This document shows, in pieces, positions 28,931-37,067 of a stretch of 64,000 nucleotides of DNA (the first letter of the stretch is position 1; the number at the start of each line of letters is the position of its first letter). The position numbers and the translations under genes are program-made. A model generated the notes under the pieces. The model was given only the letters and a program-made list of their open reading frames with translations, did not search any database and was not told where the DNA came from. Origin of the DNA: an uncultured Candidatus Saccharibacteria bacterium (lineage in GTDB: Bacteria > Patescibacteriota > Saccharimonadia > Saccharimonadales > Saccharimonadaceae); the NCBI GenBank assembly GCA_947166895.1, contig CAMVFY010000001.1, positions 7,522 through 71,521 on the forward strand, given 5' to 3'.

Positions 28931-31108
28931 ATGGAAATAATTAACCCGAGTGGGAAGAAAACGGTGCGGGTTTCGACCGAGTGGCTAGGGCGAGAATTGA
29001 CGCTCGAGGTGAACCGAGTCGGGTTTCGGTCAACTTCGTCGGTTTTGGTGACCTACGGTGACACTGTGGTGCTTGGAAGTGTAGTGGTTGGAACGAAGCC
29101 GGTGGTGCAGGACTTCTTCCCTCTCTCGATTGATTACGAAGAAAAATTTTACGCGGCGGGGAAAATTAGTGGATCGAAATTCATTAAACGTGAGGGTAAG
29201 CCAGCGGATGAGGCAGTGCTAGTAGGGCGACTGATTGATCGACCGATTCGCCCGTTGTTTCCGAAGGGTTATCGGCAAGAAGTACAGGTGGTATGTACGG
29301 TATTATCAATGGATCCAGCGTTTCGGCCAGATTGCGTGGCGATGATTGCGGCATCGTCGGCACTAATGAATGCGGGTGTGCCGTTTGATGGGCCAGTAGC
29401 CGGGGTGAGAATTGGGCAGATTGCTGGGGAATTTAAGGCGTTCCTTAGCCCTGAAGAACGAGAGGTGTCGCCGCTTGACCTAGTAGTGGCTTGTAGAGAC
29501 GGTAAAGTGATGATGGTGGAAGCTGGTGCAAATGAGGTGACAGAAGCTACTATTATTGATGCGATGAAATGGGCGGTGAAGAACGTACAGCCGGTATTAG
29601 ATTTGCAAAGAGAGTTGTCGCGGCAGGTAGCGGCTCCGGCGCAAGAATATGAGTTAGTGCTACCTGATGAAGCGATTTTGAAGGAAGTTGAGGAATGGAC
29701 GAAGGGTAAATTTGGTTCGAAGGTGCGCGGTAATGTAATGGAGCGAGCACACATTTTGGATGACATTAAGTACGCGATGCATGATGAGTTTGCGCTTTCC
29801 AAGGGGCAGGGCGAGACAGACAACGAGAAAGTAGAATGGTATGATGAGAATTTGCGCGACGTATATGATCAAGCGTTTGAGCTGGCGGTATTTAAGGAAG
29901 TACGCCGAGGGATTGTGGAAGAAGGCGTGCGACCGGATGGACGAAAGCTAAATGAGGTACGGCCGCTGTCGAGCCAGGTGTCGATTTTGCCGAGAGTACA
30001 TGGGTCTTCCCTCTTTACGCGTGGGGTGACACAGGCGATGAACATTGTAACGCTTGCGCCGTTGTCGTATTCGCAAGAAGTGGACACAATGGAAGTGACT
30101 GACGGTAAAAGGCGTTATATGCATCACTATAATGCGCCGTCTTATACGGTGGGTGAGCCAGGGAGAATGGGGTCGCCTGGGCGTCGAGAAATTGGCCACG
30201 GATATTTGGCGGAAAGGGCGTTACTCCCGGTATTGCCTTCCGAGGAAGAGTTCCCTTACGCGATTCGCTCGGTGACTGAGATTATGTCGCAAAATGGTTC
30301 GACTTCGATGGCAGCGACATGCTCGTCATGTATGGCATTGATGGATGCGGGTGTGCCTCTTAAGCGGCCGGTGTCGGGCGTGGCGATGGGGCTAATGGTA
30401 GATGTACCCAAGGGGACTGAAATCACAGCGGATGATGTAGATAAAGCGTATGTTTTGACCGATTTGATGGATGCGGAAGATTTTGCTGGAGATATGGATT
30501 TTAAGGTAACGGGTACGACTGAAGGCGTGACGGCACTCCAGATGGACATGAAAGTGCACGGACTTCCGGTAGAAATCATGGAGAAGGCTTTGAAACAGAG
30601 CCATGAAGGGCGGATGTTTATTTTGAAACATATCCTTGAAGTGATTCCGGAACCGAGGAAAGAAATTTCAAAGTATGCACCACGAATTGAAAAGTTGATG
30701 ATTAAGCCCGAAAAGATTGGTGCGGTGATTGGCAAGGGCGGCGAGATGATCAATAAAATCACTACGGAGACTGGCGCCGAGGTTGATATTGAGGATTCAG
30801 GTCTCGTAACGGTATCTGGTAAAGATCCGGAAAAAATTGCAAAAGCTTTGGAGTGGATTAAAGGGCTAGTGGAAGAGCCGGAAGTAGGGAAAGTTTATAA
30901 TGGCACGGTGGTGACGATTAAGGATTTTGGTGCGTTTGTAAATATCATGCCGGGGATTGACGGAATGCTTCATATTTCACAGATTGTGGAAGGACGACGT
31001 TTGAAGAAGGTTGAGGAAGTTTTACATGTGGGTGATAAAGTACGGGTGCGCCTAGTCGCGATTGATAACGGAAAGCTGTCACTCACGATGATTGGTGTCG
31101 ACAAATAA
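28931..31108 (+). CDS. pnp: polyribonucleotide nucleotidyltransferase
   Basis: FFPLSIDYEEKFYAAGKI, RLIDRPIRPLF, RREIGHG.LAERAL, GDMDFKVTG, KH and S1 domains. Confidence 0.98.
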   Translation: MEIINPSGKKTVRVSTEWLGRELTLEVNRVGFRSTSSVLVTYGDTVVLGSVVVGTKPVVQDFFPLSIDYEEKFYAAGKISGSKFIKREGKPADEAVLVGRLIDRPIRPLFPKGYRQEVQVVCTVLSMDPAFRPDCVAMIAASSALMNAGVPFDGPVAGVRIGQIAGEFKAFLSPEEREVSPLDLVVACRDGKVMMVEAGANEVTEATIIDAMKWAVKNVQPVLDLQRELSRQVAAPAQEYELVLPDEAILKEVEEWTKGKFGSKVRGNVMERAHILDDIKYAMHDEFALSKGQGETDNEKVEWYDENLRDVYDQAFELAVFKEVRRGIVEEGVRPDGRKLNEVRPLSSQVSILPRVHGSSLFTRGVTQAMNIVTLAPLSYSQEVDTMEVTDGKRRYMHHYNAPSYTVGEPGRMGSPGRREIGHGYLAERALLPVLPSEEEFPYAIRSVTEIMSQNGSTSMAATCSSCMALMDAGVPLKRPVSGVAMGLMVDVPKGTEITADDVDKAYVLTDLMDAEDFAGDMDFKVTGTTEGVTALQMDMKVHGLPVEIMEKALKQSHEGRMFILKHILEVIPEPRKEISKYAPRIEKLMIKPEKIGAVIGKGGEMINKITTETGAEVDIEDSGLVTVSGKDPEKIAKALEWIKGLVEEPEVGKVYNGTVVTIKDFGAFVNIMPGIDGMLHISQIVEGRRLKKVEEVLHVGDKVRVRLVAIDNGKLSLTMIGVDK

Positions 31109-31109
31109 A

Positions 31110-31139
31110 TCAAAAATAGCCCCGTGGGGCTTTTTTGAT
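31110..31139. terminator. bidirectional intrinsic terminator
   Basis: tcaaaaatagcccc-gt-ggggcttttttga. Confidence 0.8.
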
Positions 31140-31244
31140 TGAGAATATTTAAAATCCGGTTCGGTTCTAAAACTAAAAGAGTTACCATTCGGATAGAGTG
31201 GTAACTCAAACAACCCGTGGCGGTGGCTAGGCGCCGCCCTTATA
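31112..31244 (-). ncRNA. candidate small RNA
   Basis: Orphan TTGACA-17-TACACT promoter on minus (31278-31250), two hairpins, ends at the bidirectional terminator. Confidence 0.4.
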
Positions 31245-31352
31245 AGTTAAGTGTAGGCTATATGGCAAAATCTGTCAAGATTGTGGCGTGTGCCAGAAAA
31301 AAGAACAAGGGAAGTTTTTGTCTTATAAGGTGGATGTTGTATAATTGGAAGA

Positions 31353-31898
31353 ATGGAAAAGATACGGAATTTTTGTATTATTGCGCATATTGATCACGGG
31401 AAGTCGACGATTGCAGATCGGATGATGGAGCTCACGGGGACGGTGGAAAAGCGCGAGATGAAAGCGCAGCTGCTCGATTCGATGGAGCTGGAGCGGGAAA
31501 AGGGGATTACGATTAAGCTCACTCCAGTGACGATGCAATGGAAGGGCTACACCTTGAACCTGATTGACACGCCGGGGCATGTGGATTTTTCGTACGAAGT
31601 GTCGCGGTCTTTGCAAGCGGTGGAGTCGGCGGTGCTAGTGGTAGATGCGACGCAAGGAATACAGGCGCAGACGCTGGCGAATGTATATCTAGCTTTGGAG
31701 CAAGATTTGATGATTATTCCGGTAATTAACAAAGTGGATTTGCCGGCAGCGGATGTTCCGAGGGTTGCGGCGCAAATTATAGATTTACTTGGATGTAAGC
31801 GGGAAGAAATTATTGAGGCGTCTGGCAAAACTGGGCTTGGTGTTGATAAGATTTTGGATGCAGTAGTGGAACGAGGCCCGGCGCCAAGAAAACCGTAA
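31353..31898 (+). CDS. lepA: elongation factor 4 (LepA), N-terminal half: complete G domain
   Basis: [56 protein letters not shown]; stops after the GPAP linker. Confidence 0.95.
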   Translation: MEKIRNFCIIAHIDHGKSTIADRMMELTGTVEKREMKAQLLDSMELEREKGITIKLTPVTMQWKGYTLNLIDTPGHVDFSYEVSRSLQAVESAVLVVDATQGIQAQTLANVYLALEQDLMIIPVINKVDLPAADVPRVAAQIIDLLGCKREEIIEASGKTGLGVDKILDAVVERGPAPRKP

Positions 31899-31976
31899 AA
31901 TTAAAGCGAAAGCGGGTTGACTTTGAATTGTGGAGTGATATACTAATATACAATATAGAACTCTAAAATAAGGCGT

Positions 31977-33545
31977 ATGAAAATGGCAATAAAAAAAGAA
32001 CCCGTGGGCGGGGATAATTACAAGGTAAATGCCGGTAAAAGTGGCATAGTGAAGCTTTTTGCGTGCGATGCGGCGGCGTTGATGCTGACGGTGCTGGTGG
32101 GGACAGTGTTAGCTAGCGTAAGAGCTGCGGCAAGCGACACGGTACAATCTAGAGCGGCGGTGACGGTGTCGTCATCTTGCCAGCTTGAGGCCGAGGTGGA
32201 CACGGCACATGAAGCGGAGGTAACCGCCAGCACCTATCGGGACAACATCGGGCAAACGACGATTACTGCGACTTGTAATGACGTGAATGGTTATGCGGTA
32301 TATGCGATTGGCTATACTAATACGGAGTTTGGTCGTAATGATATGCTGGGTGAGAATACCGGCAGGACGATTGCAACGGGTTCCGCTACATCGGGTAGCG
32401 TGTCTAACTGGGCGATGAAGCTAACTGCTGTATCGGGCGAAGTAGCGCCGACGATCGAGACGGGTTACCAGGCCTACCATGCGGTGCCAGATGAATACGA
32501 AAAGGTGGCGAGCTATGGTGGTAGTACGGTAAACTACGTGGCGGGCTCACAGTTTAGGACGACATACGCAACATATGTAGCAAGTGACCAGGCGCCAGAT
32601 ACGTACGTTGGTAAGGTAAAGTACACCTTAGTACACCCAGCGGATACAACCAATGCGCCTTGCTCAGCAACTTATACAATTGGCTATAATGCGAATGGTG
32701 GTACTGGCAGTATGGATAGCCAGACGGGATGTCTTGATACACCAATTACATTACTGCCAAACGGCTTTACGCCGAAGGCACCTCTAAACGAATACCAATT
32801 CGGTGCATGGAACACAGAGGCGGATGGTAGTGGGTACATTTACTGGCCGGGCCAAGCGGTGACGAACCTTTCTGCCCCGGATGGAATGGTGATACTTTAT
32901 GCAATGTGGATTCCGCGCTATATTCAGGACCTTACTCCTGGGGTGTGCCAGGCGATGACGGCCGAAGATCCGCTTACGATGATTGACCGTAGGGATGGTA
33001 ATGATTATACGGTCCGATACCTGCAAAACGCTTGCTGGATGACGCAAAACCTAAGACTAACCGATACGGTAAGCTCACAATACTCAAACTTTAGCACTAA
33101 CCCTACCTTTAACCCGTGTGTGGGTGACCTAACTGCAGGTAACACTTACGATGAGGCACGATGCCATGATTCGGGAAGTACTGAAACGGGTGTATGGTAT
33201 AACTACGCTTCAGCTTCGGCTGGCACCATCACAGGAAGCAGTAATAGTACAGCCGCTACTGAAGATATCTGCCCTGCTGGATGGCACTTACCAAGCTACG
33301 ATACAGCTAAGCCAGCTGGCTCCGTTAATAGTCTACTAGATTTGCCGATTAAATCTTACTTCTCCCCGGTTACCGGCGGCTACTACAGCGGCGGTAATAT
33401 CAGCAGTACCGGCATCGGTTACTGGTGGTCGTCTATCGCCCTCAATACCACGAATCGCTACGCCCTGTACTACAGTGGTAGTAGCCTGAATACCCGCAGC
33501 CTCGTCAGGAACAGCGGGTTCTATATTCGCTGCGTTAGAGAGTAG
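31977..33545 (+). CDS. DGR target protein: exported, Flg_new-like repeat plus C-terminal FISUMP-like domain
   Basis: N-terminal hydrophobic segment; YNANGGTG...WNTEADGSG; WMTQNLR, ICPAGWHLPS, GYWWSS, FYIRCVRE; 3' end is the VR. Confidence 0.92.
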   Translation: MKMAIKKEPVGGDNYKVNAGKSGIVKLFACDAAALMLTVLVGTVLASVRAAASDTVQSRAAVTVSSSCQLEAEVDTAHEAEVTASTYRDNIGQTTITATCNDVNGYAVYAIGYTNTEFGRNDMLGENTGRTIATGSATSGSVSNWAMKLTAVSGEVAPTIETGYQAYHAVPDEYEKVASYGGSTVNYVAGSQFRTTYATYVASDQAPDTYVGKVKYTLVHPADTTNAPCSATYTIGYNANGGTGSMDSQTGCLDTPITLLPNGFTPKAPLNEYQFGAWNTEADGSGYIYWPGQAVTNLSAPDGMVILYAMWIPRYIQDLTPGVCQAMTAEDPLTMIDRRDGNDYTVRYLQNACWMTQNLRLTDTVSSQYSNFSTNPTFNPCVGDLTAGNTYDEARCHDSGSTETGVWYNYASASAGTITGSSNSTAATEDICPAGWHLPSYDTAKPAGSVNSLLDLPIKSYFSPVTGGYYSGGNISSTGIGYWWSSIALNTTNRYALYYSGSSLNTRSLVRNSGFYIRCVRE

Positions 33546-33570
33546 CTAGTCCCCCTACAGGCCTCCACCC
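33353..33570 (+). repeat. DGR variable repeat (VR) including putative IMH
   Basis: 218 bp matching the reverse complement of 35626-35843 with 22 mismatches, all at TR adenines. Confidence 0.97.
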
Positions 33571-33579
33571 CAGGAGAAC

Positions 33580-33604
33580 GCGCCTCGGTCTGAGACCGAG
33601 GCGC
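33580..33604. promoter_or_regulatory. post-VR hairpin/cruciform
   Basis: gcgcctcggtc-TGA-gaccgaggcgc, perfect 11-bp stem 9 nt after the VR. Confidence 0.85.
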
Positions 33605-33630
33605 AGAGGTAATAAAAGAGGATTGACGAG

Positions 33631-34491
33631 ATGTTGCCAAAAACTGATCTGAACAAGAAAGAAGTTAGAGAAGCGATTTCGCACAATTCGCGTGGGCGTG
33701 GCAGAAGTGATGCGGAAAAGCGTGATTCGTTTGCTAAGTATCAAGACAACAAGAAAAAGGTAATTGAGCTGGAGCGCAAAAATTTACAATATCTCATTTT
33801 GTTTCCTGCTTCGGATGTTGATGTGAATAAAAAATATCGGTTTTATAACATGGGTGGTAATTCGGCGATTATTTACGTTCACGAAATTGCTCCAAGGCTA
33901 AAGCGCAAGGCCAAGATGCGTCGCGATATGGATCCTTGTTCGGAGAAAGAGAAGTTTCACAGTGGCATCTGTTCGATTGCAAATCTTGAAGGTTTGGAAG
34001 CGGCACTTCTTACTATCGACGTGAAGCGAATGAGCGTGAAAGGTGAAATTGTAATTTTTAAGCTAAACCGCGAGTATTCAAAAGACGAAATCAAAAACAT
34101 GTTGAAGCTGGAGCAGCAGAGGCTCGATTCTTTGAACGAACTAATTTACTCAAAAGTACTTTATCCGGATGTACACAAAAAAATCATTGATTTGAAACGT
34201 TCGATTCCGGCGAAGGTTAAAAACATGGAGAAAACTTATCGTGAAGTGGTGGGTATGGAGATGATAAAGTCTTTGATGACGCTTGTAAAAACATATTCGC
34301 AGGTTGCCCATGGTAATGATTCTCCAGAAAACGGTGGTAATGTAATGCTTGCTGCGTGCGATAATCTGCTCGCGGAAGTGTCGATGATGAATGAGCTTCG
34401 GGTGGGGGAAGTTGATGCGTGTATTCGGATAGCAAGTACAATAGTTGAACTAAAAAGAGCAATAAAGGGGAGGCTAAACAAGATACAATGA
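33631..34491 (+). CDS. DGR accessory protein: C-terminal Avd-like four-helix bundle, N-terminal possible MutS-I-like domain
   Basis: Directly upstream of RT (ATGA overlap); C-terminal about 110 aa helical with P..VK.M.K.YR...G pattern. Confidence 0.65.
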   Translation: MLPKTDLNKKEVREAISHNSRGRGRSDAEKRDSFAKYQDNKKKVIELERKNLQYLILFPASDVDVNKKYRFYNMGGNSAIIYVHEIAPRLKRKAKMRRDMDPCSEKEKFHSGICSIANLEGLEAALLTIDVKRMSVKGEIVIFKLNREYSKDEIKNMLKLEQQRLDSLNELIYSKVLYPDVHKKIIDLKRSIPAKVKNMEKTYREVVGMEMIKSLMTLVKTYSQVAHGNDSPENGGNVMLAACDNLLAEVSMMNELRVGEVDACIRIASTIVELKRAIKGRLNKIQ

Positions 34492-35624
34492 AGGTAAGTG
34501 ATGGGAACAACCGAGAATGGCTGCATGACGTGGAGAATCGGTTGTTGTTTGAACTATACATAGCTTACTTACAGGCGAGGGCTGGTGGAAAGCGTGGAAC
34601 TTTTGATGAACATAAGTTTGAGGTGAATGAGTTTGAGAATTTAATAAACTTGCGAGATAGCTTGATTGATAAAACTTATCGTCCGTCGAGAGGGACGGCA
34701 CACGTGATTTTTAAGCCTGTGATTAGAGAAATATTTGCGGCGTCTTTTCGCGATAGGGTGGTGCATCATTTTATTTACAATACGGTTTGTGATTGGTGGG
34801 ATAGACATTTTATTTATGATTCATATTCGTGTCGGGAAAATAAGGGAACGGATTTTGGAATTAAGAGGTTAAGCAGAATGTTGCAATCGGTAACGGATAA
34901 TTATAAAAAAGAAGCTTGGGTAATAAAACTGGATGTGCAAGGATATTTTATGAGTTTGCCACGTAAGCAGCTGTATCGGCGAGCAATATGGGGGCTTGAT
35001 AGACAATTTGAAAATAATCATAATTGGAAATACGAACTAGTAAAGTTCCTGTGGGCACAAACAATATTTGATGATCCGTGTGCTGGGGTGCGAAAGAAAG
35101 GCTGGCCTGAGGATTGGAAAGATTTGCCGGCTTCGAAAAGTTTGTTCACGCAATTGCCGGGGGTCGGGATTGTAATTGGTAATTTGACTTCACAATTGCT
35201 GTCGAACATCTATTTGGACCAGCTGGATAGATATATTAAGTATGAGTTAGGCTGGAAGTATTACGGTAGATATGTGGATGATTTTTTTATCATTGTAACT
35301 GAAGAACAGTTGCCGCGAGCTTTAGAGGACGTAAAGAGGATAGAGGCATTTTTGGGGAGACTAGGACTAACGTTGCATCCTAATAAACGCAAAGTACAGC
35401 CGGCTCGGAATGGAGTGGAGTTTTTGGGGGCAGTTGTATATCCTGGTAGAGTACATCCTGGGAAACGAATAGTAAAAAATGCTGGGATGGCGTTTTCTGA
35501 AGTTGTTGAGGGGGTGAAAGATGTTGAGAGTGTCGTGTCTTATATGGGGCACATGAAACACTATAATACCCAGATGTTAATGACAAAATTGTTTGACAAA
35601 GCTGGGTGGGACTATAGGAGTTAA
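34488..35624 (+). CDS. DGR reverse transcriptase
   Basis: REIFAASFRDRVVHH, DSYSCR..KGT, KLDVQGYF, IGNLTSQLLSNIYL, RYVDD, FLG; no group II intron X/En domains. Confidence 0.96.
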   Translation: MKVSDGNNREWLHDVENRLLFELYIAYLQARAGGKRGTFDEHKFEVNEFENLINLRDSLIDKTYRPSRGTAHVIFKPVIREIFAASFRDRVVHHFIYNTVCDWWDRHFIYDSYSCRENKGTDFGIKRLSRMLQSVTDNYKKEAWVIKLDVQGYFMSLPRKQLYRRAIWGLDRQFENNHNWKYELVKFLWAQTIFDDPCAGVRKKGWPEDWKDLPASKSLFTQLPGVGIVIGNLTSQLLSNIYLDQLDRYIKYELGWKYYGRYVDDFFIIVTEEQLPRALEDVKRIEAFLGRLGLTLHPNKRKVQPARNGVEFLGAVVYPGRVHPGKRIVKNAGMAFSEVVEGVKDVESVVSYMGHMKHYNTQMLMTKLFDKAGWDYRS

Positions 35625-35625
35625 T

Positions 35626-35843
35626 GGGTGGAGTCCTGTAGGGGGACTAGCTACTCTCTAACGCAGCGAATATAGTTCCCGTTGTTCCTGTTGTTGTTGT
35701 TGGTATTCAGGCTACTACCATTGTAGTTCAGGTTGTAGCGATTCGTGGTATTGTTGGCGATAGACGACCACCAGTAACCGTTGCCGGTATTGTTGATATT
35801 ACCGCCGTTGTAGTTGCCGCCGGTAACCGGGGAGAAGTAAGAT
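35626..35843 (-). ncRNA. DGR template repeat (TR), antisense to the RT operon
   Basis: Minus strand has 20 AAY codons in the VR frame; a minus-strand TATAAT lies at 36082-36077. Confidence 0.95.
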
Positions 35844-36117
35844 GCTTGGAGGACGCACTACTTCTTACAACAAATACACCGAAAGGAACTTCAGCCTAAT
35901 ACCCATTAGGAACGGAACGAAGAAGAAGCAACTTAAAACCTACTTGGTTCGTAAGTCAGGTAGGCGCTATGACCTTCACTCATCACGAAGGGTGCTTCTG
36001 GCCTCCACCCTTACTGCGACCTTTTAGCGACACCGTGATCTACTGCCAGGTCGGAGGGATATTCCCCCATGTTGTTATTATATTATGTTATAATTATCTT
36101 AGTAATGAGAGAGGTGT

Positions 36118-36963
36118 ATGATGCGAAATGATATGTTTTTAATTACGCCGATGAACCAAAAGGTGTATCTAAATCGGGGGGAAGAATACCGTGGGTCGAT
36201 TCGGGTGGTGAACCCGGCGGAAGCAACAAGAGATTTTCACTACCGGGTGGACGTGGCACCATACGGTGTAGTGGGCGAGGGGTATGATGCGGACCTTACG
36301 AGCGAGTCGCAATGGACGCAGATAGTGGATTGGATTACGATTGAAAATAACGAAGGCGTGCTGGCGCCAAACGAAGTGCGGGATGTGGAGTTTGTAATAA
36401 AAGTGCCTGAGGATGCGATAGTGGGGGCGCAAACGGCAGCACTAGTAGTGAGGCAGGAAGATGACGAGAAGGCTATCGATGGGGTGAAGGTAGAGAACGT
36501 TTTTGAGATGGCGAGTATTATTTATGGCCAGGTGCTTGGAATTGAGGAGCACGATGCGTCGATACTAGCGATGGATGTTCCGGGGTTTTCGACAACGCCG
36601 GACGTAGCGGTGACGGCGAGTTTTGACAATCATGGGAACGTGTTTGAAGAGGCAGAAACCAAGATTGTTGTAAAAAATGCACTGAGCGGTGAAGTGATAC
36701 TTCCGACTAGTGAGGCTTCTGGTGAATATACCGAGATAGTAATGCCCGACACTACTCGTAAAGTGACGCGTAAGATAGACGATTTGCCGATGCTGGGGGT
36801 GGTACATGTTGAATACCAAGTGAAATATAACGGTGAAGAAATGATGATGGAGAGGGATTTGGTGATTTGCCCGATTTGGTTTATGGTGATGATGGCGGTA
36901 GTAGTAGGGATGATCATAACGACGATTGTAATGCTGATAAAAAAATATCATAAAAAAGCTTGA
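36118..36963 (+). CDS. DUF916/WxL-interacting-like membrane-anchored protein
   Basis: ITP...YL..G..Y.GSI.V.N beta-sandwich start, FDNHGNV, C-terminal IPIW-like segment plus TM plus KK. Confidence 0.55.
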   Translation: MMRNDMFLITPMNQKVYLNRGEEYRGSIRVVNPAEATRDFHYRVDVAPYGVVGEGYDADLTSESQWTQIVDWITIENNEGVLAPNEVRDVEFVIKVPEDAIVGAQTAALVVRQEDDEKAIDGVKVENVFEMASIIYGQVLGIEEHDASILAMDVPGFSTTPDVAVTASFDNHGNVFEEAETKIVVKNALSGEVILPTSEASGEYTEIVMPDTTRKVTRKIDDLPMLGVVHVEYQVKYNGEEMMMERDLVICPIWFMVMMAVVVGMIITTIVMLIKKYHKKA

Positions 36964-37067
36964 CATTTTATAGCATTAGCGTTATATTGAGGTTACAAAA
37001 GGTCATACAAAAATAAAAAGGTCATACAAACATACCAAGCTTTGGTGTTTTGTGCCAAGGAAAACAC

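Larger units (their letters stand above)
31977..35843. mobile_element. diversity-generating retroelement (target-VR-hairpin-avd-RT, inverted TR)
   Basis: Adenine-specific VR/TR mismatches, DGR-type RT, Avd-like accessory gene, post-VR hairpin. Confidence 0.96.

Noticed and set aside
30970-31209. Minus-strand 79-aa ORF overlapping the pnp end
   Set aside because: No SD; crosses a terminator and runs antisense to pnp; the sRNA reading fits better
34488-35624. RT as group II intron, retron or CRISPR-associated RT
   Set aside because: No maturase/endonuclease extension and no cas genes; has the IGNLTSQ motif and an adenine-specific TR/VR pair
35842-36027. 61-aa plus-strand ORF after the TR
   Set aside because: No SD or recognisable motif; lies antisense to the predicted TR RNA leader
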